64,000 bases of DNA from IMG/VR virus record IMGVR_UViG_3300025158_000005. The stretch is one strand, 5' to 3'. The notes under the pieces are model-generated. The model worked only from the letters and a program-made list of their open reading frames with translations, was not told where the DNA came from and searched no databases. Below, in pieces: positions 26,126 to 36,845 of the stretch. Each line of letters begins with the position of its first letter. Within the stretch, counting starts at the first letter, position 1. Origin of the DNA: a virus. Both the position numbers and the translations under genes were made by a program.

Positions 26126-26362
26126 ATGTACTCTAATCTAGAAACACAATTTCCTCACGCGCCAGTAAAGCTGACACTGTTGTGGGGTTTATCCGAATGC
26201 ACGGGCTGTCTCGATGAATTGTTGTATGATTCGCATCGAGTAGGAAGGGCAGGGTTTCCTTTGTCTTGTGCGGAGGAAATCATGTTGTTACATTACATTC
26301 ATAATGAAGTATTTCCAGTAACCACCGATATTTGGACAACTGGATCGTTCAAGCATATCTAG
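26126..26362 (+). CDS. small conserved protein
   Basis: FPH...LLWG...GRAGFP motif. Confidence 0.6.
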   Translation: MYSNLETQFPHAPVKLTLLWGLSECTGCLDELLYDSHRVGRAGFPLSCAEEIMLLHYIHNEVFPVTTDIWTTGSFKHI

Positions 26363-26372
26363 GAGAATTACC

Positions 26373-26792
26373 GTGGCGATCTTCACGCCCATCTTAATGA
26401 CTCTGTTGTTTGCAACACCGCATATTCAATCAGACTTAAAATGTATTGCTAGTGCTGTATATCATGAATCCAGAGGAGAACCACTAGAAGGGCAATATCT
26501 AGTTGGTAAAGTAATCTTGAACAGAGCGCGAAGTAAACACTACCCGGCTGATATATGTGCCGTAGTTTATCAGAAAGCACAATTCTCTGGGCTACACGGA
26601 ATCTACTATGACAACCGAAGTATGACGGTGGCCAAGATGGTGTATGCTGGAACGTCTATTTCGTTACCACATAAGTATAAAACAGCGGTGTCTTATCATA
26701 CAACGGCAGTTCATCCCGGATGGGCTGACTGGTCTAAATTGAGAAAGATTGGAACAATCGGGCACCACACATTTTATGCGAGGAACGATTAA
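26373..26792 (+). CDS. SleB-like cell wall hydrolase
   Basis: CIASAVYHESRGE, VILNR, VVYQKAQFS, IGHHTFY. Confidence 0.9.
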   Translation: MAIFTPILMTLLFATPHIQSDLKCIASAVYHESRGEPLEGQYLVGKVILNRARSKHYPADICAVVYQKAQFSGLHGIYYDNRSMTVAKMVYAGTSISLPHKYKTAVSYHTTAVHPGWADWSKLRKIGTIGHHTFYARND

Positions 26793-27700
26793 TGGGGTTT
26801 CAATCAACATACGAAGCATTTCTAAATAATGCCATCGATGGTGTAGGAAGTGCATCAACAATATCTGGATTATGGAATGACCCGTCAAATTCAAATAAAG
26901 AGTTCGAAAAGAATTCACGTCAGGCGATTGCTGACGTGATAAATCTGGTGAATAGCACTCTTGCTGCGAATCCAGACATGACAAGTGTTCCTGCAGAAGT
27001 GTTTGATTCGATAACTACATCACTAGGAAATATTCAAGGTCATTTTGATTCGATGAATCTAGCATCGATTCAAGCATCAACTGGCATGAAGACCTCGTTA
27101 TCTGGCAGCAATATTCTTGCTGCTATTCATGGAACAAATCCTTCGATCATTCCCAATAGCCAGGGTCTTCAATCTGTCACAAAACAGACATTTGATAAGG
27201 ATTCTGTGACGGGGAAATGGAAGGTTGGAATGACAGACGTTTCAAACATCTCCACCAATACACTTTCTACGATGAACGTTTCCGACATGATCAACGGAAT
27301 CACAGCAGAAAGAGACAATCTAAAGACGTTGTTGGCGCCATATGGTGGTAAGACTGTTGATCCGTTATCCGATGAAAGTAGTGATATCCCTGGTGCACCG
27401 ATTGAACCTATCGTTGCTCATATCGAATTGCTTAACATGAGTGGTCAAGAGGGTCATAGACTCGTTATCGACAAGCATGTAAACGACATTCAAAGTCAGT
27501 ATTTTTATATAAACGACCAACAAGAACCTGCTAATTATGTGAACGGATGGTACTGGGTGGGCATTTCATATGATCCTAACTTTATAGAGATTGCAAAGGT
27601 TACCGCTGTTATAACAGACGTAAAGGGCAACGTTCTGACAATCGGAGAGAACGGTAGTATTATCTCCAAAAGTTGGGATACGACTTGGGGACCAACGTGA
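26792..27700 (+). CDS. hypothetical, probably virion-associated protein
   Basis: 302-aa ORF between the hydrolase and PAAR genes. Confidence 0.6.
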   Translation: MGFQSTYEAFLNNAIDGVGSASTISGLWNDPSNSNKEFEKNSRQAIADVINLVNSTLAANPDMTSVPAEVFDSITTSLGNIQGHFDSMNLASIQASTGMKTSLSGSNILAAIHGTNPSIIPNSQGLQSVTKQTFDKDSVTGKWKVGMTDVSNISTNTLSTMNVSDMINGITAERDNLKTLLAPYGGKTVDPLSDESSDIPGAPIEPIVAHIELLNMSGQEGHRLVIDKHVNDIQSQYFYINDQQEPANYVNGWYWVGISYDPNFIEIAKVTAVITDVKGNVLTIGENGSIISKSWDTTWGPT

Positions 27701-27984
27701 TCGGTATTGCTCGATTAGGTGATAAGACGGTTGGAACTTGTAAAGTTCACGGTAAACAGAATGGTAAAATCATTCAAGCGTCACATGACACAATGACAGA
27801 TTCAATCGGCACAGCACGCCTGGGAGACATGATCTTGGCTGATTGCGGGCATACTGCTAAGATAGTCACAGCATCATCTGCAACGATTGTTGACAGTCTT
27901 GGAGTGGCACGTCTGGGTGACAGAGGTGACGGAACGTATCAATGTACGATTGTGACAGCAAGTTCGGACGATCTAACCACTTGA
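27697..27984 (+). CDS. PAAR-like spike-tip protein (gp5.4-like)
   Basis: Three ARLGD repeats with Cys/His residues. Confidence 0.85.
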   Translation: MIGIARLGDKTVGTCKVHGKQNGKIIQASHDTMTDSIGTARLGDMILADCGHTAKIVTASSATIVDSLGVARLGDRGDGTYQCTIVTASSDDLTT

Positions 27985-28417
27985 CTTAATTTCGTCAGTA
28001 TGGGATACTAAATACACTAAGAAGAAGCAAAGAGCTTCCTCTATCAAACGTTCTAAGGAGTTTAGAATGACTACAGAAATATCAAAATATCAAAGTACCA
28101 AAAATACATGCAGGGTCGCGGGAGAAACTTACTCCAAATAGGTCTGCATATGAAAGGTGTTTGGTTAGTTACGGGCGAAGATGACCCTCCAGACTTCGAC
28201 GGCACTCACTATGAATCGACTTTGGGGTACTTTGAAGGAACGCTGAAAGAAGTTGTCGAATACGCGGTAACTTTGAAACGCTTCTGGACTTGACGAGGCG
28301 GCGGATCGATAAAGAAAATCGAGATACAAAAAGGACCTTTCATTGATCAAACTAAATTGATCGAAGAGCGTGTTCAACTCAAAAAAAACGACTTGAAGAA
28401 ATTGAAAAGGAAATCAA

Positions 28418-28910
28418 ATGAGTAATACATTAACTATGGTTCAAGTGGCCGCCAAGGCAGTAGATAAGGTTGGTGATTTTGTTGCCGACACTGTTCAATC
28501 GTCGGGTAACATGTTCGAAGCAGCCCAACATATTGTAACAGACGCAATCACGAAATACGGGCAGCAAGCGACGGATGCGATTTTGCGGATCGTTCGAATT
28601 AACGCAATTCAAACGCTGATAACGGGTCTAATAACGGGTATTGCAGTCATTTTCGTTCTGGCTCTGGATTTACACTGGTTTCAAGAAACGCAATTAGTCA
28701 AAAGAATTGGATAAGATGGCAAATGAAAGTCTGTCGGTCTTACTCTTTGTTGCAATATGTGTCTCATTATTTCCTGCTGCAATGTCATATAATCGTTTGA
28801 CAGACGTTTGGAATTATGTTGCAGTTGTCAAACCTGAATTGTACCTGGTGAAGCAGGTGGGTGATGTAGTAAAAGAAAAGGCGAACACCACAAGTTCATG
28901 TAACAAGTAA
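28418..28910 (+). pseudogene. membrane protein split by a frameshift
   Basis: Two overlapping ORFs read as halves of one protein. Confidence 0.45.
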
Positions 28911-28962
28911 ACTAGAATCGCGTCTTTTGCGATTCTATCAACAATGACATAGGAATTATGTT

Positions 28963-29964
28963 ATGACTAAAAAATACGACAATATCATTTTCATCGGCAG
29001 ATTTTCGCCATGGCACAACGGTCACCAAGCTGTCGCTGATTATGCTCTGACTCTGTCAGACAATCTTGTGATTCTGATTGGTTCAACCAACGTTGCGCGA
29101 AACATCAAGAATCCGTTCACGTCCGAAGAGCGTCACAAAATTATTCTGAAAGCGAATCCGTCATGGGATCGCCGGCGAGTTCTTGTTCGTGACATTGAAG
29201 ATAGCCCGTATAATGATAACTTGTGGGTTCAGTCCGTACAAAACGCAACGCAAGACCTGATCGGTAAAACTGCACTGATTGGGTACCACAAGGATGCTTC
29301 CTCGTTCTATCTTGACATGTTTCCCCAATGGGATTTCATCGAAGCAAAAGAGTGCAACGGAACAAACGCAACAGACATTCGACGTGACTGGTACTCTGGG
29401 CATGATTATTCTGGTCGTGTTTCACCGAGTACATATGAGTTTATGCGCAATTTCAACTCTACGGAAACCTTTGCACAACTGAAACGCGAATGGAAGTTCA
29501 TCAAAGAATATAAGCGCAAGTGGGAAACTGCGCCATATGCTCCCACTTTTGTGACTGTTGATTCGGTATTTGTTCATTCTGGGCATGTTCTTTTGGTTAA
29601 GCGTGGAGCAGAGCCGGGAAAGGGTCTCTGGGCACTTCCGGGAGGATTTCTGGACCAGAATGAAACTCTGGAAGAAGGAAGTATTCGGGAACTGCGTGAA
29701 GAAACTCGACTGAAACTTCCAGAAAAGGTAATCAAGGGAAGTCAGAAAGGATTCAAAGTATTCGATCATCCGCACCGAAGTCTCCGTGGTCGGACGATTA
29801 CGAATGCATTCTACTATGAGATTCAGACGGGAGAACTTCCGAAGGTTAAGGGCGATGATGATGCTGCTGATGCTCAATGGGTTTCTCTTGGAAAACTGAA
29901 AGACATGCAGAATCAGTTCTTTGAAGATCATTCATTTATTTTGAGTTTTTTTCTAAAGTTTTAA
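28963..29964 (+). CDS. bifunctional NMN adenylyltransferase / Nudix hydrolase (NadM-Nudix, NatV-like)
   Basis: GRFSPWHNGH; Nudix box GG...EEGSIRELREET. Confidence 0.95.
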   Translation: MTKKYDNIIFIGRFSPWHNGHQAVADYALTLSDNLVILIGSTNVARNIKNPFTSEERHKIILKANPSWDRRRVLVRDIEDSPYNDNLWVQSVQNATQDLIGKTALIGYHKDASSFYLDMFPQWDFIEAKECNGTNATDIRRDWYSGHDYSGRVSPSTYEFMRNFNSTETFAQLKREWKFIKEYKRKWETAPYAPTFVTVDSVFVHSGHVLLVKRGAEPGKGLWALPGGFLDQNETLEEGSIRELREETRLKLPEKVIKGSQKGFKVFDHPHRSLRGRTITNAFYYEIQTGELPKVKGDDDAADAQWVSLGKLKDMQNQFFEDHSFILSFFLKF

Positions 29965-30355
29965 GCCATTTGATACGGAAGGTCAACATGACAATCAAGA
30001 CCAGTGAAGTGAAAGTTATTCGGCGTGATGACCTCGACAACATAGTTACGAAAGTTTATGGTCGCCGTTACAATTTTCAGCAACAAGATGGTTGTAAAAG
30101 TCGGGGAGGTTGAATACTTTACTGTACCAAATCCGTATCCCTATGACTACGAGAGAGAGATACAGTACCCGAGGTGGTCAATCACTCAGATATGGGAGTA
30201 AGTTTCAATGCACAGCTAGAGCGAGACCCGAAGCAAGAACTGACATATGGTGATGTATAGATGGCACTTTGATAAATGTAAGGAAAAATCCTAGAATATT
30301 TCTAGGTGTGGCAATGAAAAGATCAATGTCACTCAATTTTGAAAGGAGTTTTCAA

Positions 30356-31738
30356 ATGAAATACAAAGACAACATTCTACTTAATACTGATAGTTATAAA
30401 AATTCACACTTTCTCGGTTACCCAGACGGAACCGAATACGTTTATTCGTATATTGAGTCCCGAGGCGGAAAGTTCGACAAGACTCTGTTTTTCGGTCTGC
30501 AAGCCTTTATGAAGGAGTACATGGAGACTCCTATTACCAAGGCAATGATCGATCAAGCAGAAATGTTCTATGCCAACCACGGTGAACCGTTCAATCGCGC
30601 TGGCTGGGAATACATTCTAAACGCGCACAAAGGCAAACTGCCACTACAAATCTATGCGGTGCCAGAAGGCACCATGGTTCCGACGGGGGTTCCTCTTGTC
30701 ACTGTGCTCAACAGTGACCCAGAATGTGCTTGGCTGACTTCATTTGTTGAAACGATGCTGCTGCGTGGCGTGTGGTATCCGACCACGGTTGCAACCCAGT
30801 CAAAGTACATCAAGAAGATGATTTCTTACTATCTTGAAAAGACTGGGGATAGTTCTCTGATCAACTTCAAACTGCACGACTTTGGCGCCCGTGGTGTATC
30901 AAGCCAAGAATCTGCTGCCATTGGCGGCATGGCTCACCTCGTCAACTTCATGGGCACTGACACTGTTTCTGGCATTCTGGCTGCACAAGAATATTACGGT
31001 CCGTCTGATCAAATGATGGGATATTCGATTCCTGCCGCGGAACACAGCACAATGACGATTCTCGGGAAAGAGGGCGAAGTCAAGCAGATGCAACGTATGA
31101 TTGATCAATTCGCAAAGCCGGGAGCACTGTTCGCTGTCGTATCTGATTCATATGATATTGCCAAGGCATGTAAAACTTGGGGAACTACGTTCAAGCAACA
31201 ACTAATCGACTCTGGCGCAACTCTGGTGGTTCGCCCCGACTCTGGCGATCCTGTTGAAACTTCGCTGAAAGTTGTGAAGATTCTGAACAACTACTTTGGT
31301 TCCGTAATGAATTCGAAGGGGTATCGTGTGCTTAATACTGTTCGCGTGATTTATGGCGACGGTATCAACTACGAATCAATCAAGGAGATTCTGGAAACGT
31401 TCAAGATCAACGGATATTCTGCTGACAGCATTGCATTCGGTATGGGCGGTGCTCTGCTGCAAGGCATCAATCGTGACACGCAAAAGTTTGCCATGAAAGC
31501 AAGTGCCGCACGAGTCAATGGGAAGTGGATTGACGTGTATAAAGAGGCTCCCGGTAAGAACAGCAAGAAGGGTCGCGTCATGGCGTACAAGTCTCGACTG
31601 ACTGGCGAATGGTGTTCAATTGGCTACTCAAAGGGAGTTGCTGATGAATGGATACCTCAGATGGAGATGGTCTATCTCAATGGCAAGGTCGTGCGTGAAC
31701 AGACGTTTGACGAAGTTCGATCAATCTCTAATCAGTAA
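30356..31738 (+). CDS. nadV: nicotinamide phosphoribosyltransferase
   Basis: TDSYK, LHDFGARG, AAEHS, VSDSYD, VRPDSGDP, FGMGGALLQ. Confidence 0.95.
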   Translation: MKYKDNILLNTDSYKNSHFLGYPDGTEYVYSYIESRGGKFDKTLFFGLQAFMKEYMETPITKAMIDQAEMFYANHGEPFNRAGWEYILNAHKGKLPLQIYAVPEGTMVPTGVPLVTVLNSDPECAWLTSFVETMLLRGVWYPTTVATQSKYIKKMISYYLEKTGDSSLINFKLHDFGARGVSSQESAAIGGMAHLVNFMGTDTVSGILAAQEYYGPSDQMMGYSIPAAEHSTMTILGKEGEVKQMQRMIDQFAKPGALFAVVSDSYDIAKACKTWGTTFKQQLIDSGATLVVRPDSGDPVETSLKVVKILNNYFGSVMNSKGYRVLNTVRVIYGDGINYESIKEILETFKINGYSADSIAFGMGGALLQGINRDTQKFAMKASAARVNGKWIDVYKEAPGKNSKKGRVMAYKSRLTGEWCSIGYSKGVADEWIPQMEMVYLNGKVVREQTFDEVRSISNQ

Positions 31739-31832
31739 GTGATTGAAAACTAAAGGGAATTACAATTTACTTGAATATAATTCCCTTTTTCTATATGATG
31801 TAATCGTTGATAGCGAGTTTACGAGAACCGAA

Positions 31833-32228
31833 ATGGCACAAATGTTAGTTTTGATCGGCGGCGCGCCCGGCGCTGGCAAGTCAACTCTCGCCAAGAAGAT
31901 GTTAACCGATGGTGATGTTAATTGTATGTTTGAAGCAGATATGTTCTTCACAATTACAGCATCGCCGACCGGTTACAAGTTCAATGCACAGTTGTTGCCT
32001 ATGGCACATAAATGGTGCCAAAATGAAGCACGCGGTGCTCTTGAAGCTGGCAAGACAGTTGCCGTATCCAACACGTTCACCAAGCGGTGGGAACGTACTG
32101 AGTATTACAAAATGGCAGCGGAATTCGGTGTTGATGTTATTCTGATTCATTGTACGGGCGAATTCGAGAACGTACATGGTGTTCCTGCTGAAAAGGTTCA
32201 ACAAATGCGCGATCGTTGGGAAGATTGA
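31833..32228 (+). CDS. AAA_33 P-loop kinase (polynucleotide-kinase-like)
   Basis: GAPGAGKST, EADMFF, AHKWCQ, VSNTF, NVHGVP. Confidence 0.85.
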   Translation: MAQMLVLIGGAPGAGKSTLAKKMLTDGDVNCMFEADMFFTITASPTGYKFNAQLLPMAHKWCQNEARGALEAGKTVAVSNTFTKRWERTEYYKMAAEFGVDVILIHCTGEFENVHGVPAEKVQQMRDRWED

Positions 32229-32280
32229 TTGACAATAATTCGGCACTCATGTATGATGTAGTCATAGTCACTTAGGAGCA
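32229..32280 (+). repeat. early promoter plus RBS cassette with no intact downstream gene
   Basis: Copy of 24638-24689; no ATG follows the AGGAG. Confidence 0.8.
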
Positions 32281-33049
32281 GAAAAAGGCGAGTCCCTCTC
32301 GATTTACAAAGCCATGCTCGCCGCTGCGCCGCGATCGGGATCGGGGTCGGGGTCGCGGTCTAGCTAGTAGATGGGGTGAAGTGAACGAAATGAGAGCCTG
32401 GGCAGACTAACCGTTTAAGTGGCTAGGAGACATCGAGGGTTAAGAAGCGTCTGCTAGAGAAATCCAAGGGGTGTCTTACGATGATAACAAATAATGCTGA
32501 TCAGTGGTTAACTGCTGTACTGATGGGAAGACAATTGTTGAACGAGATGGTTGGTCTTAAATTGGTTGTTGATATCGTACCGAAAAGAGACTCAACATGA
32601 AACTATGTAAGGATTGTAAACATATTGAAGTTCATCATTAACCGAATGCTCCTATTAGATATGAATATGCGGGTTGCATGATTGGTAATATAAACCCAGT
32701 TGACGGACGCCACAGGTGCTTTGTAGTTTTGAATGAAAATATGGAAGCGAGTGCGGTCCAGCAGGCAACATGTTTGAACTTGATGATCGAATACTTGAAC
32801 TGAAAGCTGATAAAAAAGATAAACGTTTTTTAAGGTGGTTTTGTAAATGATACGATTGTACATGTACGAATATGATGCCGGTCTTGGTCCTGATATTACA
32901 AACAACTTGACTGGGCGATGGAAAATAATGCGCGACGAAAACAAGTGCGCGGTGTATGTTGAAGTAAGATTTTCTATATTTCGCAGAAAGTGGTTAAGCG
33001 AGAGAGAAGTTTACGAACGAAACGTATACATTAATAAGTGCGGAAGAAA

Positions 33050-33823
33050 ATGAGAACAAGTTATTGGTCGCATAGTAGACTTGCTTTATACCTGAAAAGA
33101 CGAGCAGGATTTTCCATTCCAACAGCATTGTCATGGAAAGACTGGGACTTGCACGACGAACAATGTAAGCAGAAATCGCCGTTCATCTTTTGGTTGACAG
33201 ATGAATTTTTCAATGACATTCAAAGTTTCGTTTATTGGCCATATGATAAGATTAGAAATCTTACCTATTACTTCAAAAATAGATTCGTAACGAAAAGTCA
33301 TATGGTCGTCACAACACTGAAACCGGGGAAATGGCATGAATCTGACGATTTAATGTTGCATTCCATGATGGCGATTATGAATGATTTTGTTCGAAATCAG
33401 AAAGCATGGATGCGGTATATCTGGCATAATAGTGAGAAATTTGATCTTCCTTTTTGGAAAACAAAGTGGCCATTTCGACATTTCTGTGAATTTGATAATG
33501 AAAAACTTGGATTGGAGTATCTTCGCTGGGAAAAGACGCTGACATATGATAACGTATTTGACGGTGTTGATCTTGCTGGAAAGCCGACGGGTCAACCGTC
33601 GGGTCAAGCGATTGCCGCGAAGGAGCTATATACAATCTATCATTGGTGGAATTACGTTCGCCCGGATCGTACCGACGTTTATGGTGAAGATTTGGAGGAA
33701 ATCAAGACAAAGTACGGTAAAGATTACGCAAAACGAATCTTCGAAATCGAAGCAGAATTTGATGCAGAGGATGAAGAAATGATGGTTCGACTTATTAAGA
33801 TTCGTGGGCATCTATGGACATGA
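33050..33823 (+). CDS. conserved Trp-rich phage protein
   Basis: KPGKWHE...EDEEMMVRLIKIRGHLWT. Confidence 0.7.
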   Translation: MRTSYWSHSRLALYLKRRAGFSIPTALSWKDWDLHDEQCKQKSPFIFWLTDEFFNDIQSFVYWPYDKIRNLTYYFKNRFVTKSHMVVTTLKPGKWHESDDLMLHSMMAIMNDFVRNQKAWMRYIWHNSEKFDLPFWKTKWPFRHFCEFDNEKLGLEYLRWEKTLTYDNVFDGVDLAGKPTGQPSGQAIAAKELYTIYHWWNYVRPDRTDVYGEDLEEIKTKYGKDYAKRIFEIEAEFDAEDEEMMVRLIKIRGHLWT

Positions 33824-34004
33824 AATATTTGTATATGTTTTCTGGTAGAACAACATATTCCGATAAAGTTCGAGGTATTGATATCGGTGACGATGATATG
33901 CAAGCAATTATATCAAGTAAATCTGACGATCCTCGAAAACGATGTACTCTGGATGAAGCAGTTTTTATGAGTATGAGATTATTGAATGAAGATTGGCAAA
34001 CAAA

Positions 34005-34184
34005 ATGAACTATGACGAGTACCGAAAAGACTATAAGACGTTCCTAGCGGTTCAGACTGGAATTCTGATGCACGAGCAGACAAAGGACGTTGATAAAGTG
34101 AAGGATTTTTGGAAGCAATATAATGTTCCAGAGGATGTGGCCATCAGGGTTTTGACTTCCCCCAACAAAAGACGTTGGCAATAA
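34005..34184 (+). CDS. small hypothetical protein
   Basis: VPEDVAIRVL..P..RR motif. Confidence 0.5.
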   Translation: MNYDEYRKDYKTFLAVQTGILMHEQTKDVDKVKDFWKQYNVPEDVAIRVLTSPNKRRWQ

Positions 34185-34233
34185 ATCAACGTGTCTGTAT
34201 GATGTAGCCATATTGAGGTTAGGAGATTTTATT

Positions 34234-34779
34234 ATGAACATCTGGTTTACAAGTGACAATCATCATTATCATAAGAACATTTTGAAGTTCTGCCCTAGAA
34301 CCCGCAAGGGTAAGGATCATATCGAAATGACCGAACTGATGATTGCAAAGTGGAACGAACAAGTTTCACTGGGCGACACAGTTTACTGTCTGGGCGACTT
34401 CTCGTTTACCACGTCAGAAAAGACGAGTGAAATTCTGCGGCGACTGAACGGTGCCATTTATCTGATCAAGGGTAACCACGACAACTGGCTAAATGCGGAA
34501 ACCGCAAAACGATTTGAGCGTGTATCTGATTACATGGAACATAAGATCGATGGCGTTGATGTTTGTCTTTTCCATTACCCGATTATGGAATGGAACAAGA
34601 TGCATCGAGACAGTTTCATGCTTTATGGTCACGTCCATGGTAAGGATATGGGTATCATAGGCAAAGCCATGGACGTTGGTATCGATGCTCGTCCGCAGAG
34701 GGATATGGGGCTTTTTTCTTGGGATGAAGTTCGCAAATACATGAAGAATCGTCCTATCATGACACATCACGGAGACTAA
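34234..34779 (+). CDS. calcineurin-like metallophosphoesterase
   Basis: FTSDNH, LGDF, GNHD, HYP, GHVH, DVGID. Confidence 0.92.
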   Translation: MNIWFTSDNHHYHKNILKFCPRTRKGKDHIEMTELMIAKWNEQVSLGDTVYCLGDFSFTTSEKTSEILRRLNGAIYLIKGNHDNWLNAETAKRFERVSDYMEHKIDGVDVCLFHYPIMEWNKMHRDSFMLYGHVHGKDMGIIGKAMDVGIDARPQRDMGLFSWDEVRKYMKNRPIMTHHGD

Positions 34780-35004
34780 AATGAGTATTTCGGTTGAAAT
34801 TGTTGGAATTTCTGAAAAAATACGAAGAAATAAAGAATAACGATAAAGATATAATTGCCTCGTATGTTGTGAAAATCATATCTGGTACTGATGAAGTGAG
34901 AATTACACATATGCTTGATTCTGCATATGTTTTATCGTTGAGTAAGTTATTGGCTTCTGCTTCGGTTGAAGTAAATCATTTAAATCTTATTATTGATGAA
35001 CGAA

Positions 35005-35281
35005 ATGATCAAAACAATTAAAGGTGACGTTTTCGCAAATCTTGATCCTGAAAGGGACACTGTCATTGCTCACGGTTGTAATACGGAAGGTGTCATGGGT
35101 GCTGGTATTGCTCTATATATATATATATATCAAGACCAAATATCCAAAGGCATACGAGGATTATAAACGACATCATACGTTGTATGGGCTGAATCTGTGC
35201 GGAGGGGATCCAGAAGTTCTCATGGAAATTTTTGAATTTGCTTTCCGTGTTGTTGACGCATCACTTTATATAAAGGATTAA
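35005..35281 (+). pseudogene. macrodomain protein broken by a TA expansion and a probable deletion
   Basis: IKGDVF...HGCNTEGVMGAGIA, TA run, KYPKAY...GGD. Confidence 0.8.
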
Positions 35282-35283
35282 AT

Positions 35284-35628
35284 ATGAAAAAGTTTATTGT
35301 TGCTGGTATTTTGTTGTCGCTGATCGGTTGTATGAAGACATCCTCAGCGGATGAATATCATCGATATTATAACTCAGAGCATCGAGTCTATGATACGTAC
35401 CATCGTAATTTCATTACTCATATGAAATATGTTCGTCATAATGATCATTGTCGTGACGGATACCGAATGAACAATCTTGCAGGTATTGCTGCTGGTATGA
35501 TTATCATCGGGGTGACTGCGGATATTATTCGTCGTGAACCGAAACCTCGTGTTATCTACGTTGAACCTCCACAAGAACAACCAAACGTCACAATCAACAA
35601 CAACAACTACTACTACTACGGCGAATAA
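35284..35628 (+). CDS. hypothetical secreted or membrane protein
   Basis: Signal-peptide-like N-terminus. Confidence 0.55.
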   Translation: MKKFIVAGILLSLIGCMKTSSADEYHRYYNSEHRVYDTYHRNFITHMKYVRHNDHCRDGYRMNNLAGIAAGMIIIGVTADIIRREPKPRVIYVEPPQEQPNVTINNNNYYYYGE

Positions 35629-35630
35629 AG

Positions 35631-35819
35631 ATGCCTCTGTATGCTTATAAATGCCCCGCTTGTGGAAATGAAGTCGATATGATGATTCGCTCGGAAGACG
35701 CGAGTAAGACTGTTCCAGTTTGTTCTAAGTGTGGTACGGTGTTACATAAACAATTTTCAGCGCCGTCTTTTGCATTCAAGGGGTCTGGCTTTTATGCTAC
35801 GGAATACAAAGGAAAATAA
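35631..35819 (+). CDS. FmdB-family zinc-ribbon protein
   Basis: MPLYAYKCPACG...CSKCG...FKGSGFYAT. Confidence 0.9.
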   Translation: MPLYAYKCPACGNEVDMMIRSEDASKTVPVCSKCGTVLHKQFSAPSFAFKGSGFYATEYKGK

Positions 35820-35984
35820 TGACACCTCTACTTTTTCTTTGGAGTTGCTTTCTTTTTGTTTTTGGTGGCAGTATTTTATTAGCAGGTCTAGAAGTTCATG
35901 ATGGTAAGCAGAATTGGGTTTCTTGCTTGGGAATCTTTTAATGAGTCTTCCCATGATCAAACTTATTTTGTGGTACATCGTACA

Positions 35985-36248
35985 ATGAGCATACCCGATC
36001 TGATCAATGGCTCGTTTGAACTGTTAGGTGGTGCATTTATTCTTGATCATTGCCGGCATGTTCTTAAAGATAAAGCGGTTGCTGGTGTGAGTATCGTAAG
36101 CACTATATTCTTCACTGGCTGGGGAATCTGGAACTTATATTTTTACCCGCATCTGGGGCAATGGATTAGTTTCGTTGGCGGCTTGTTTATCATGACTTCA
36201 AACATTTTTTGGATTTATCTACTACTAAAATATAGGAAAGCAACATGA
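35985..36248 (+). CDS. PQ-loop/SemiSWEET-like membrane protein
   Basis: Three hydrophobic helices; KDKAVAGVS motif. Confidence 0.55.
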   Translation: MSIPDLINGSFELLGGAFILDHCRHVLKDKAVAGVSIVSTIFFTGWGIWNLYFYPHLGQWISFVGGLFIMTSNIFWIYLLLKYRKAT

Positions 36249-36845
36249 AAGATGAATTGCGCGTATGGGTTTCGTACCTCTGTATGAATATGACCCTCCA
36301 TTGAAGTCGTATAAGATTGTGTTCGATAATCAAGAGGATAAAGATACGTGCATCAGCGAAGAAGCTTAATTTTGTCGAAAGGAAACGATAAAATATCGTC
36401 GGGCTTGGTCTAAATCTGAACGTAAAGAAGCATTCGCCGACATGTATCATCGTCAATTTGCGGTCATAGTGCAATGGAAGTCTCGTAAAACAAACGTAGA
36501 GAAGGAACTAGCATGATTTGGAAGCCGTTAACCCTTATTATGTGGATCATGGGTATAGTGTATGCTCAAGGATTCTTGAGTACGCTGTTCGCATTTCTAT
36601 TCCCTCTGTGGGCATGGTACTTGACGATTGAGCATGTAATGAAACTTTGGGGTCTGCTATGAAGATGCGTTTGGTTATGTGGATTGGAGCGGTTGTTCTT
36701 TTTGGACTGACAGCATGGGCTCAATGTGTACTATTCGCAGTCGGTGGTGTTGTTCTTGGCGTAGGATCTTTTTTGATGAAAGGCGTTGACAATAAATATA
36801 CCTTCATGTAACATGTAATCATCGTAAAACGAAAGACAACACAAA

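Noticed and set aside
32320-32362. GC-rich GATCGG/GGTCGG short repeat
   Set aside because: It looks like a remnant of a Ser-Gly repeat coding segment in a decayed region; too short to support a function.
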